In this document: positions 41,401 to 53,601 of the stretch, piece after piece | Layout: every line of letters starts with the position of its first letter | Numbering within the stretch: the stretch's first letter is position 1 | Origin: Octopus vulgaris | Taxonomy: Eukaryota | DNA length: 64,000 nucleotides | Direction of reading: 5' to 3' | Assembly (NCBI GenBank): GCA_951406725.2 | Contig: OX597814.1 | Coordinates: 213,838,001 to 213,902,000, forward strand | Notes under the pieces: model-generated | Database searches by the model: none | The model's input: the letters and a program-made list of their open reading frames with translations, nothing else | What the model was told of the DNA's origin: nothing | Position numbers and translations under genes: made by a program

Positions 41401-42384
41401 TTTGTTTCTGCTGCTATTAGTTCCGACGTCCAGGTTTATGTTATTTATTATTGATGCTGTCTGATCAACTTTAATTTTTGGGAGGTGCAATCGGTGGTCC
41501 ATACTGAGATCTGTGGCTTTTAATTATTTGATTACACTCATTTTTAGAGCGTTTCCAGTTATTCCAGGTTTGTTCTGCATTCCTTCCCGTTTATATTTTT
41601 GTCTTCGATGTTCTGGTTTGGTGCATTTTGCTCATGATCAGGCATGCCTACGCTTTGAATTTGTTGTCTTTCGTTGCTTACTTCGTTTTTGTTGCACATG
41701 TTACACCTGTCTACGTATTTTACAGTCCTAGTGCTTATGATATTATTAGGCATTGTTCTGTGGTCACTATCTACGTTTTCCTGGTGTATTTTACCTTTAA
41801 TGTTCTATAACAATTTGATTTTTTTTTTTTAGAATATATCTTCTTGTGTTGGCTAGTTTGTTTCTTTCACAGTTTTGCATGTATATATTGTTGTGTTTCC
41901 GTTCTGTGGGTAGAGCACTGCTGTGGAATAAGCGTGTAGGATAGAATTATATATTTAAATTATAATGCATATCGGGAATAAAAATAACAAACGGAACCTA
42001 AAATATCTGACAAAGTGTTGGAGTAAGTGTTTGACATTTGCTTTATATTTTTACAAGTTGGCTCCAAGTCTCACTCAGAGACCTCAAGAGACAACAGGTT
42101 GGAAATTCGTGATGTTGTTATGCCTAGTGTGCCATATATATTTATATTTTCTCGTGTCCATTTATGCTTTTTTAATATTATTTGCGGGACGTGAAGAATA
42201 ACGTCCGGCCATTTATTTTGATGGTCATCACTTTCGTAGAGTACCGGTCCGTTCAGTCCTGGTTTTTAAATAGTTTTGCACGTGTAATTTTTCGTACATT
42301 TTTTTGTGTAATAATTTTAAAATACGCATTTCCTGTTTGTTATCCTTCGGTTGAATAATACGGGTATTATTTATTTTCGTTTTT

Positions 42385-42420
<36 letters not shown>

Positions 42421-42875
42421 TCTTGTAGGATATGGCACACGAAGTGATTTTCCTGTTCATAATATTTTTTTAGAATTTTAGATTTGGATCTTTACCTTTT
42501 GACCTACAGATTTAAAAAATAATTTTTTTGAAACTAAACACTTTCAGACTTCGGACACTTGTAGAATGTGTCATATAAAACATGTTTTACTCTCTGTGTG
42601 TGCGTGTGTGCGCGCGCGTGATGGTTGGGGACGGAGACAGTTCGTTGTTGATTTGAGCTGTAATGTTGTGAGCGAGTTTACACGTGTTGTGCAAGTTACA
42701 TCCTTTCATTTGGAAAATAGAGATAAATTTTAATGAGTATTACTTATTCCAACACTTAGTCCAACACTTTGTCAGATATTTTAGGTTCCGTCTGTTATTT
42801 TTATTCCCGATATTTTGGGGATAGATTTTGGAGCAGTGTTTTAGCACTCTCACATGTTAAACGTCCCCGGTGTCT
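38490..42875 (-). mobile_element. Near-full-length but disrupted R4/Dong-clade LINE (RT + CCHC + RLE) in (TAA)n
   Basis: Minus strand: NYRPIICLPT, EEQKRCC, LSMAWINYQKTFDS, VIFQG, MDDLKLYA, YKYLGINE, GGRGL, ETINNIVTGCP, DRPNII..CFLIDVSIP, KYKDL. The 5' end is shared with the 16120 copy. Confidence 0.9.
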
Positions 42876-42882
42876 TCTTTTA

Positions 42883-42961
<79 letters not shown>

Positions 42962-42963
<2 letters not shown>

Positions 42964-43610
42964 CTTTGACTTTTGCTTTATATTTGTACAAGTTGGCTCC
43001 AAGTCTCACTCAGAGACCGCAAGAGACAACAGGTTGGAAGTTCGTGATGTTGTTATGCCTAGTGTGCCATATATTTGGTTTTGTATTTAGTGTTGTACTA
43101 GTGAATGTCTAAAAAAAAAACGAAAGTTACGTTTGTTTTAAAACTAGAAAGTATTACATAGAAAGTATTTTTCGTAGGATATGAGCAGTTCCCATGAGCA
43201 CTATCTTTTGAATTTCTGCCATTTGGGGGTTTCCTGGCATCTGAGTTAGGTAGCGATCAGCCCCTTTTGCTATCATTCCCAGGGCACCTATGACAACAGG
43301 TATAGTTTTAGTCTTTAGGCTCCACATTTTGCTGATTTCGATTTCAAGATCTTTATATTTGCACAGTTTTTGGTAGGTAGGCATTGATCTTGAGCTGCTA
43401 TGATAAACCCTTCTGTTTCAGATTTTAAGCCAGAGGCCATTAGCCATTGATGGGTCAGGGCTTTGTCAACATCTGCATTATTCGCTCTCTTTGAGTATTT
43501 GCCATAGAGAGGTTTTTCTTGACATTTATCATTCAGAATATCTAAGGCAGCAGTTTTAGCACGGGTTTTCATGCGTTTAGCTTTTTCTGTGCTTGTTTCT
43601 TGTATGTCTA
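42962..43610 (-). mobile_element. 5'-truncated, internally deleted R4/Dong-type LINE (second family) in (TAA)n
   Basis: KPLYGKY, GLKSETEGFIIAAQDQCLPT fused to YQKLCKYKDLEIE...GTAHILRKILSM*. Confidence 0.85.
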
Positions 43611-43619
43611 TTATTATTA

Positions 43620-43698
<79 letters not shown>

Positions 43699-43799
43699 CA
43701 TCATCATCATCATCATTATTATTATTATTAAGGCGGTGAGCTGACAGAATTGACTTTGAACTCAGACTGCAAAAACAAACAAAATGCAAGTTTCAATTC

Positions 43800-44925
43800 C
43801 AATTTCTTTTAATCTTTTAGGTAGCATCTTGAGTGAATAATTCTTGTCTTGGTTTTTTTCACAATTTCCTCAGTTCTCTGATTAGATCCTGATATTTTTC
43901 AATTTGTTTTTCAACTTCTTTGGTATCGACTCTACTCTCATAAAGAATAGCAAAATCTATGATCTTGCACTATTTATTTAGTCCTCCATAATCATGTTTG
44001 ACATTCTTGCCTCAATAGTATGGGCAGTTTTTATGGTGAAGTCTCACAAGATCTTGTAATTCTCGTTTTATATCACAGCCTCTTGTTCGTGTTCGTACTA
44101 TTTTTCTGTTGTTTTGGCTATACACCCGGCTAACATCTCAAGACATGTTTTTGCCTCCACAGTCATATCTACACCTATATTCCTTTTGTGTTAGTATATT
44201 GCACTCACTCAAAACGTGATTGATACTCTTGTCTCTTTTTCTGCAGATTCTACATTCGCTGTCTTACTGAGATTTGTCGATCTTTGCCATTATCAGATTT
44301 GTTCTACGGGCTTGTTCCTGGGAAGTTATAATTAGCGTTTCTGTTTCTCGTTTCAAGTTCCCGTCCTATTTCTTTACTACCCACAAGGGGCTAAACACAG
44401 AGGGGACAGACAAGGACATACAAACGGATTAAGTCGATTATATCGACCCCAAAATGATGAAAGGTAAAGTCGACCTCGGCTGAATTTGAACTCAGAACGT
44501 AACGGCAGACGAAATACAGCTACGCATTTCGCCCGGCGTGCTAACGATTCTGCCAGCTCGCCTTCAAGTTCTCGTCCGTCAACCACACCCAGCGATCTTT
44601 ACTTCCAATATTCTCGATTTGTCGCATGAATTGGCCATGCAGCTCCATTTCGTACTATTTGTTCATTCTGTTGGCCTTCTTTTTCTCTTTGTATTCTCTT
44701 ACTGTTTCAGTCACCTTTTGGGTATCTCTCGCTCCAGAAAGTATCCTTTCTTTACTCTACACAGCATAATTTTTCAGACCCAGTCTCGCAGTACCAGCAG
44801 TGACTCGCGCGTTTATTAATTCTCTTCCACGTTCCCTTCTTGGTAGATAGAGTTGGTCAGTATTGCTTTTAAGAGACATAAGGTTATCCTGTGGTGATTT
44901 TACACCAGCAGATTACTGTGCCTTC
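43800..44925 (-). mobile_element. Old R4/Dong-type LINE 3' fragment (third family), interrupted by a SINE B
   Basis: ECRICRKRDKSINHVLSEC, NYKIL*DFTIKT, CKIIDFAI, IEKYQDL. Confidence 0.75.
44367..44563 (-). mobile_element. SINE family B with 15-bp target-site duplication
   Basis: Flanked by ttcaagttcccgtcc / ttcaagttctcgtcc. Confidence 0.9.
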
Positions 44926-44949
44926 AATAGAAAGGATTATTACTACTAC

Positions 44950-44999
<50 letters not shown>

Positions 45000-45001
45000 T
45001 A

Positions 45002-45042
<41 letters not shown>

Positions 45043-45273
45043 GAGCGAGCGAGCAGAGCATGCCATCAAAGTGACACTGGGGTAAAATATACGAAGCCCA
45101 GTATACCCATCATGACTACCCGTCTGATAAGGGTACACCAGGCACATGCATCACAACCATATGTGCGCGACATGGTGATCTCATATCAAGATAAACAGCA
45201 CATGACCTTGCAGGTGGAGCCCAGTTAGAATTTTCTTCAGATCGAGTAACCCATCCCGCTCAAAAGGTCCCTG
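45043..45273 (-). mobile_element. Truncated copy of a 560-bp non-coding TAA-embedded element
   Basis: Nearly identical to 46053-46283; (TTA)n on both sides. Confidence 0.85.
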
Positions 45274-45302
45274 TATTATTATTATTATTATTATTATTAT
45301 CA

Positions 45303-45366
<64 letters not shown>

Positions 45367-45382
45367 CATCATCATCATTATT

Positions 45383-45946
45383 AAGGCGGTGATCTGGCAG
45401 AATTGTTAGCACGCTGGGCGTAGTACTTGGCGTTATTTCGTCTGTCTTTAAGTTCTGAGTTCAAATTTCGCCCAGGTCAACTTTGCCTTTCATCCTTTCG
45501 GGGTCGATAAATTAAGTACCAGTTGCATTCTGGGGTCGATCTAAGTGACTAGACCCCTCCCTAAAAATTTCGGGCTTTGTGCCTAGAGTAGAAATTATTA
45601 TTATTGTTGTTGTTGTTGTTGTTAAGGCGGCGAGCTGGCAGAATCGTTAGCACATCGGGAGAAATGCTTATCGGTATTTCGTCTGCCGTTACGTTGTGAG
45701 TTCAAATTCCGCCGAGGACGACTTTGCCTTTCATCCTTTCGGGGTCGATAAATTAAGTACCAGTTACACACTAGGGTCGATGTAATCGACTTAATACCTA
45801 TGTCTGTCCTTGTTTGTCCCCTCTGTGTTTAGCCCCTTGTGGGTAATAAAGAAATAGGTATTTCGTTCGTTTTCACGTTCTGACTTCAAATTCCGCCGAG
45901 GTTGACTTGGCCTTTTATCCTTTCGGAGTCGATAAAATTAGTACCT
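45383..45946 (+). mobile_element. Cluster of SINE family B copies (45383-45595, 45624-45858, 45857-45946)
   Basis: Matches the family consensus. Confidence 0.88.
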
Positions 45947-45972
45947 TATACCTACAGAAGAAAGTATTATTA

Positions 45973-46052
<80 letters not shown>

Positions 46053-46605
46053 GAGTGAGAGAGCAGTGCATGCCATCAAAGTGACACTGGGGTAAAATAT
46101 ACGAAGCCCAGTATACCCATCATGACTACCCGTCTGATAAGGGTACACCAGGCACATGCATCACAACCATGTGTGCGCGACATGGTGATCTCATATCAAG
46201 ATAAACAGCACATGACCTTGCAGGTGGGGCCCTGTTAGAATTTTCTTCAGGTCGAGTAACCCATCCCACTCGAAAAGTCCCTGAATAAGGGTTGTTTAAG
46301 GATGTTGAACGAAACACCCATGTTTCCAGAGGTGAATTATTCAAACGCCAAAGAATCCCTCTCAACACATGGATATGATGCTCCCCCACTACTTCTGCTC
46401 GTGATCAGAGATGCACATATCGTCAGCCACCAAGGGACATGCTCAACTGGTTAAGGTCAAACAACTGACAAGCAAATCTGTGGTATTGAGCAGAATATTT
46501 GATGTAGCCTATCTTTTATACCAAGACAAAACAATGTACATGATAACACTTCCAATCAGTTAAGATCAGAAGCCATGAGAGCCCCTGCCTGGTACTGCAT
46601 CAGGG

Positions 46606-46608
<3 letters not shown>
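46053..46608 (-). mobile_element. ~560-bp non-coding element embedded in (TAA)n, probable non-autonomous retroposon
   Basis: Sharp boundaries in (TTA)n; the second copy is truncated at one end only; no TIRs and no recognisable ORF. Confidence 0.7.
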
Positions 46609-46662
<54 letters not shown>

Positions 46663-47487
46663 CATGATTATTATTATTGTCATCATCGTCGTTGTCGTAG
46701 TCACCATCACTGTTGTGTGCTTTACAGTACTTTAACCAAGAACTGGGGAATCGATCATTTCATAACGGTTGCCAGCGGCTAGAATTCTTAATTGGTGTTT
46801 ATAAATCCTTTACTTTCCTAGATATGTTGAGTTATGCTTGAGGCGTTAAGGCATTCTGCATCATTAAGTCACATGTTTATTGTGTATCCTTATTTCGTAT
46901 CTTAAGCATAATGTTACATCTTATTCGATATATATCTTCTAATATGCTTGAAATCATATCTGTGCTGCGTAAAATGCTTCATAACATGTTATATATGTAT
47001 TATTTAATGATATCCCAGAAGAAATGTTCACGATTGTTTCAAATAGATACTGTTCATTAAAAAAGTGCACACGTATTTCAAAATCTCTTATCGGAATGCA
47101 TTTGAAAGGATCCTTTGTAGTAATCTATATTTCATGTCCATATTCACTTCCTCTTTCATCATTAATATTGGAGTCGTTTGTTTTTCTTATTCATATTCTA
47201 TGCTGCCTATCTATTTTGCTGTGCAAAAGATAGATTTTACTTCTTTTCCTCGTTTCTGCATAATATATTATCTTTCCACCGATTTCTATAGATCTGCATG
47301 TAACTTATTCTAGTGACTATGTTCACTCCTTGAATTTAGATAAGGCACACTGTATCAATGTGTTTCATAAAAAGGGAGCTAAAAAGGTTGATGACAGGAA
47401 AGCCATCCCGTCAAAAAACAGTGCCTCAGAATTGTAGAAAACTGTTTTAAGAGGGGAAATGGTTTTGAAATATAATATGCATATATA

Positions 47488-48232
47488 AGGCGTAGGAGTG
47501 GCTGTGTGGAAAGTAGCTTGCTAACCAACCACATGGTTCCGGGTTCAGTCCCACTGCGTGGCACTTGGGCAAGTGTCTTCTACTATAGCCCCGGGCCGAC
47601 CAATGCCTTGTGAGTGGATTTGGTAGACGGAAACTGAAAGAAGCCTGTCGTATATATGTATATATATATAAGTGTGTGTGTATATGTTTGTGTGTGTGTG
47701 TTTGTCCCCCTAGCATTGCTTGACAACCGATGCTGGTGTGTTTACGTCCCCGTAACTTAGCGGTTCGGCAAAAAGAGACCGATAGAATAAGTACTGGGCT
47801 TACAAAGAATAAGTCCCGGGGTCGATTTGCTCGACTAAAGGCGGTGCTCCAGCATGGCCGCAGTCAAAATGACTGAAACAAGTAAAAGAGTAAAAGAGTA
47901 TAGATGTGTATGCAGCGTGCGCAGTGTCTTCTACTATAGGCTCAGATCGAACAAAGCCTTATCAGTGGATTTGATGAACGGAAACTGAGAGAAGCCCGTC
48001 GTATATGTGTGTGTCTTTTCGTCTGTGCTTGTCCCCCATCACCGCTTGACAACTGATGCTAGTATGTTTATGTCCCTGTAACTTAGAAGTTCGAGAAAAG
48101 AGATCCGATAGAATAATATCAGGCTTTAAAAAAAAAGGACTGGGGTCGATTCATTCTACTAAACAATTCACCAAAGTGCTGCCCCAGCATGGCCGCAGTC
48201 TAATAACTGAAACAAGTAAAAGTTAAAAGATA
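47488..48232 (+). mobile_element. SINE family A full copy (47488-47899) plus older truncated copy (47920-48232)
   Basis: Matches the family consensus. Confidence 0.9.
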
Positions 48233-48535
48233 TATAGATATAATGATACAAGAATGGTTGCGGAACCCTAATGGCCCATGAGATCAACGCTGGGGCCCTC
48301 ATCGCGAATTCTCTCGCCTCTCAGTTTTTGTATTTCAGTTCAACCGCTTTCATTTTCCAAGGATTCTGTCTCTTTCTGTGACCACCCACGTGTTGGACCA
48401 AGCAGACAGCTTTTCATCAGAACACTAAATATTGTCTGCTCCAGAGTTGTTGCTGAGGACAAGAAATTTCTGATATAGAATTACTTGTTTTATGCATTGT
48501 ATGTCAATGTAGAATTACAAGAAAACTGATAAAGT

Positions 48536-48897
48536 TGGTTGGCATCCTTTCTGTCTCGGGAGACAATGGAGTTGCGCATGAAGTAATCTAGTCCGGCTTT
48601 TATATTTCATGTCCTGATACATTTCCTGCTGTGGCTGTGTAGTCCTATCCTGGACAAACACTCCCTCTGGCAGGTACCGCAAATGTAGCGAAGACTGTTC
48701 CTGGCTGGTTGTAGTGCCATAGTCTTTTGTTTACGTTTCTTCCTTTCTTTTCATTTCTCATCTCTCTCTCTCTGTCACTCCTTTGTATTCCCTCTTTTTA
48801 CGGTACGTCGCCATTCTCCACGGTTGCCGGCAACTGCTTCCCAACCGCTAATATTGATGTCGCAGGCCTTCATGTCCCTTTTGCAAACATCCTTGAA
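48536..48897 (-). mobile_element. 5'-truncated RTE-BovB-like LINE 3' end with TSD
   Basis: FKDVCKRDMKACDIN..WEAVAGNRGEWR; 3' UTR ccattgtctcccgagacagaaaggatgccaac; flanked by gaaaactgataaagt. Confidence 0.85.
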
Positions 48898-49066
48898 AAC
48901 TGATAAAGTAAAACTGATAAAGTAAAACATAAACATAGTAAGTCACAAACAAAGCTTCACACATCATGAAACCTGAAAAAATTACACCTTAGATATATAC
49001 ATGAATTACAGTAAAATACATCCAAATATATTTACATACGAAGAGCATGACATAACGCTATTATGT

Positions 49067-49484
49067 CTCTCTTTACTATTTACTATTTCACTTGTTTCAG
49101 TCATTTGACTGCGGCCATGCTGGAGCACCGCCTTTAATCGAGCAACTCGACCCCGGGACTTATTCTTTTGTAAGCCCAGTACTTATTCTATCGGTCTCTT
49201 TTTGCCGAACCGCTAATTGACGGGGACATAAACACACCAGCATCGGTTGTCAAGCAATGCTAGGGGGACAAATACAGACACACAAACATACACACACATA
49301 TATATATATATACATATATACGACGGGCTTCTTTCAGTTTCCGTCTACCAAATCCACTCACAAGGCTTTGGTCGCCCCGTGGCTATAGCAGAAGACACTT
49401 TCCCAAGGTGCCACGCAGTGGGACTGAACCCGGAACCATGTGGTTGGTAAACAAGCTACTTACCACACAGTCACTCCTGCGCCT
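49067..49484 (-). mobile_element. SINE family A, full length
   Basis: Matches the family consensus. Confidence 0.9.
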
Positions 49485-50016
49485 ATGTCATTTAATTTTA
49501 ACAAAATTATAAAACTCAACGTGTCATATAATGATGGCCTCGATCACATGAGGAAAAGAAAGTTTGAAAACCAGTCTTGAACATTTACAGAGCTTTCATG
49601 TTTCTAAATTTCATAGCAACATAATTGGTATTCCTTCTGACAGCTATATATTATGAAAAAGAAGGTTGAGAAATTCTGTTGGATAGTTAGCTCAACGTTA
49701 ACGTCAACTAAACTGAACAGACTATCACAATTAGTACATGTTGAAAGATGCTACCATTAATATCATATTCACAAATCAACCCGATAGCTTCTATAATTCT
49801 GTGAAAGTTCAGGCTAAACACTCAGTAGCGTTTCTTGAGATATGTTAATTATTGTACCACGATTCTTTGGTATTTGAACATCACTCCTCTCACAGTCAAC
49901 TGGTAGCTGACCGTTGCGCGAAATGAAATGAAATTTTACAAACCGAGCTACTGAGACATCTCTGTTATGTGCACCTATCATGTTGGTAGAGAGATTAATT
50001 TTTTTTGTCTACAAAT

Positions 50017-50418
50017 GAGTGGCTGTGTGGTAAGTAGCTTGTTTACCAACCACATGGTTCCGGGTTCAGTCCCACTGCGTGGCACCTTGGGCAAGTGTCT
50101 TCTACTATAGCCTCGGGCCGACCAAAGCCTTGTGAGTGGATTTGGTAGACGGAAACTGAAAGAAGCCTGTCGTATATATGTGTATATATATATGTGTGCG
50201 TGTATGTTTGTGTGTCTGTGTCTGTCCCCCTAGCATTGCTTGACAACCGATGCTGGTGTGTTTATGTCCCTGTCACTTAGCGGTTCGGCAAAAGAGACCG
50301 ATAGAATAAGTACTAGGCTTACAAAGAATAAGTCCCAGGGTCGAATTGCTCGATTAAAGGCGGTGGTCCAGCATGGCCGCAGTCAAATGACTGAAACAAG
50401 TAAAATAAAAAAGATAAA
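50017..50418 (+). mobile_element. SINE family A, near full length
   Basis: Matches the family consensus. Confidence 0.9.
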
Positions 50419-50559
50419 ATATAGTTTTCTTTGAAGCATATTATCAACTTATCAACAAGTTCATTCTTTGGGACAACTGCCAGTTTTTTCCCAAATCACC
50501 AAAAATAAGAGTGCGACTCCATCTATGTCGTTAGTGTTACCTTCTGAGATCCAATAATT

Positions 50560-51100
50560 AACGATCGACAGCCGCAAATACAAATCTGTGAAACGTGCAT
50601 TATCTCATACCTTCATCTTTTGCTGCTTTCAGAAACTTTGACACTTGATTCTTTGCCAATATTGCATACTGACTGCCATTATGGCAAGGTTAAGTAGAGG
50701 ATCAGAAGCAGAATGAGCAGTTATGCCACCTATGAACAAAACTGTAGTCATTCTATATGAAATCACTTGAGTGAGTGATTTTGTTGCCAAAATTAGGTGG
50801 ATCAAAAACAGTTTTGCTTGTTCCAAAAAAAAAGCATTAAGGAAAACTTTATCCTGAGCCAGATTTCACTAATCGCTTGATCCTTGTATCCTCCTCGACC
50901 TGAGAACCTCTTCAACCATGGAATGACTTCACCTATGTTTGGTAAAAAGGAAATTCTGGTTATGAATTCTTCAACTATGTTGTGCTTGATATATTTTGTC
51001 TTTTGTTATGTTCTTGTGATTATATCAAAGTGGAGGAGGATTGAAGGATAAAGGCACAAAGAAAATTATAGCAAAGCGACTACTAATTTTGCTTGGAGAA
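50560..51100 (-). mobile_element. Very degenerate LINE RT remnant (RTE-like)
   Basis: RISFLPNIGEV and FSGRGG.KDQ loosely resemble R.ISLL...GKV and GFR.GRGTRDQ. Confidence 0.3.
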
Positions 51101-51335
51101 TGCGAAACATCATTTTCCAGTTTACTATTCCAATCTGTATGTTCTTCTAAGAGGCGCCTTCTCTGGTGATTTTTACTTTTTACTGCACTCACATGCCAAG
51201 CAATTGTTTTAAGGGTCTAAAATGAGGCTGACTCACATATATATTGTGCAGGAACTCGCTGAGATTCAAAAAGGCTTTTTCAAATTCCCCATTTCAAATT
51301 ATGCAAACATGTATAACATTTCCAGAAAAAGTTAT

Positions 51336-51508
51336 AGGCGCAGGAGTGGCTGTGTGGTAAGTAGCTTGTTTACCAACCACATGGTTCCGGGTTCAGTCCC
51401 ATTGCGTGGCATCTTGGCCAAGTGTCTTCTACTATAGCCTCGGGCCGACCAAAGCCTTGTGAGTGGATTTGGTAGACGGAAACTGAAAGAAGCCCGTCGT
51501 ATATATAT

Positions 51509-51566
<58 letters not shown>

Positions 51567-51748
51567 TGTGTCTGTGTTTGTCCTCCTAGCATTGCTTGAC
51601 AACCGATGCTGGTGTGTTTATCTCCCCGTAACTTAGCGGTTCGGCAAAAGAGACCGATGGAAGAAGTACTGGGCTTACAGTACTCGATTAAAGGCGGTGC
51701 TCCAGCATGGCCGCAGTCGAATGACTGAAACAAGTAAAAGAGTAAAAG
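51336..51748 (+). mobile_element. SINE family A, full length
   Basis: Matches the family consensus. Confidence 0.9.
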
Positions 51749-52762
51749 ACACCAGTTCAAATAACACTAATGTAGAAAAATACTTCTTTCATTTTTTTTT
51801 TTACATATTTAAAAGCGTATATTATATCGTATTTACCTAAATATGTCTACCAGTACCTAGTGCTGTAACGAGAGATGAATATAATTCACATAAAATATAT
51901 TGATTGATTGATTGATTGATTCTAGTTTCAGCCTATGAGCTGTGGCCATGCTGGGGCACCGCCATATGGACAGTATATAAAATTTCTTCATTTAAAAATC
52001 AAATCTTCGAAAAGTTAATATGCAATTTCAAATACTATGAAAGATATTTTTAAAAACCACTTATCGTTTTCATTGTTGTAGTTTTAAATAAATATATTTG
52101 TCTGAAATATTCAACTATACTCCATTACAAGTTTCAGTCTCTCCTCATTGTGTCTGTTTTCTTCTGTTGTGATGTTCGACATTATTCTGCTTTTCAACAT
52201 TAATGAAGCCGAAAGTATATTTTCATTGTGAGTAGATTGTTTCTATCAATAATTGTGAATTTTATCAAGAATTTTAGCCCTTTATTCCAGATATATAGGC
52301 AGACCACTTTCTATTAACACTTGCTGTTTTAACTTTTTGGTATTTTTTCTGTATCTATTTCTATTGTCTTGTAGTGCTTCGGTTTTCTGTGTACAGTTAC
52401 TTCTGTCGTATTATATGCATTGTGTCTTAAGGGCTCATTCAACATCAGTGTGATCGTTACTCCTGTGTTGTTTACATTGAGTTGAGCGTGGTCAACGGGT
52501 TCTGTCATGAATGAGTTTTACTGAGCTTTTATTCCGTTGGTTTCCGGAAACATTTTCTATTATATGATAGGCTCTCTTTTCTTTATTTTCAGGGGAGGTT
52601 ATTTGTAACAGTTGTCCTGTTTCTGCTTCTGAGATTTTTTATCGTTTACAATAAGTTTACGTGTATGCTCTCATGTATCTAATTTCAGTTTTTATGTTAA
52701 ATCGCTTTTTCCTCTTCTTTTCTATGCCTTGAATACCTACTTTACGGTTCTTTTTGTCTGGT

Positions 52763-53270
52763 TTTGAGACAGCATTCACCCGGGGTGAATTGAGCTGGCT
52801 TCATTCATCTCTCACAAACGCTGACCAGGCCTGACGATTTGAGGCTAACAACCGCGTGATCTCCAACCACTCCATATTCTAGCGGCGAACGCCGTAGACA
52901 TGGGGGCCTAGGTTGGGTTCCACATCAGCCTTGACTGTCATCAGCCAGGTTTTCCGGTGTCTTGGGAATAGGAAGTTCTCTAGAGGTCCCCAGCCGCAAG
53001 TATATCCCTGTTGGGAGAACGTCTTATTTGCCGTAGATTTTCCCCAGACGCTGGGACAGGACGGATTGAAGCCGCCGGTTGCCGGATCAGACGCTTCTGT
53101 TCACCAGAGTCCCGTTGGGCGGGTGCGGCCCTGATACCGCTGGGTGTCAGAACAATCTGCCTTGGGTGGCCCTACCAGAAACCGAAGTCTCCGACGGCAT
53201 AGCTCTGACACTCCCGTTTCACCCCCTTACCACGATGAGGAGGGGTTGGACTTTAGGGGGTGTGGTGGAC
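52763..53270 (-). mobile_element. Bipartite non-autonomous RTE derivative (5' UTR joined to ORF 3' end)
   Basis: Minus strand starts with an RTE-like leader (cctcatcgtggtaagggg..agagctatgccg..ggtagggccacccaaggc), then KTWLMTVKADVEP..YGVRR*NMEW...NRQAWSAFVRD. Confidence 0.65.
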
Positions 53271-53382
53271 TTTACGGTTCTAGCGTGTCTGCATAGTATT
53301 GTTATTAGACTCATCTCTCTTTCTACGTATCTGTTAGTTTTTCTACACAGCGGTGTCAGCAGAGAACATTGGTTCTGTACTT

Positions 53383-53537
53383 GGCGTAGCTGAGTGGTAA
53401 GAAGTTTGCTTCTTAACCACATGGTTCAGGGTTCAATCCCACTGTGTGACGCTTTCGGAAAATGTCTTCTACCATAGCTCAGGCCGACAAAAGCCTTGTG
53501 AGTGGATTTGGTAGATGGAAGCTGAAAGAAGCCTACC

Positions 53538-53597
<60 letters not shown>
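53383..53597 (+). mobile_element. SINE family A 5' half ending in (TG)n
   Basis: Diverged head. Confidence 0.8.

Positions 53598-53601
<4 letters not shown>

Noticed and set aside
50611-50729. Minus-strand exon-like segment with gtatga donor
   Set aside because: Stops in all frames, and it lies in a probable LINE remnant.
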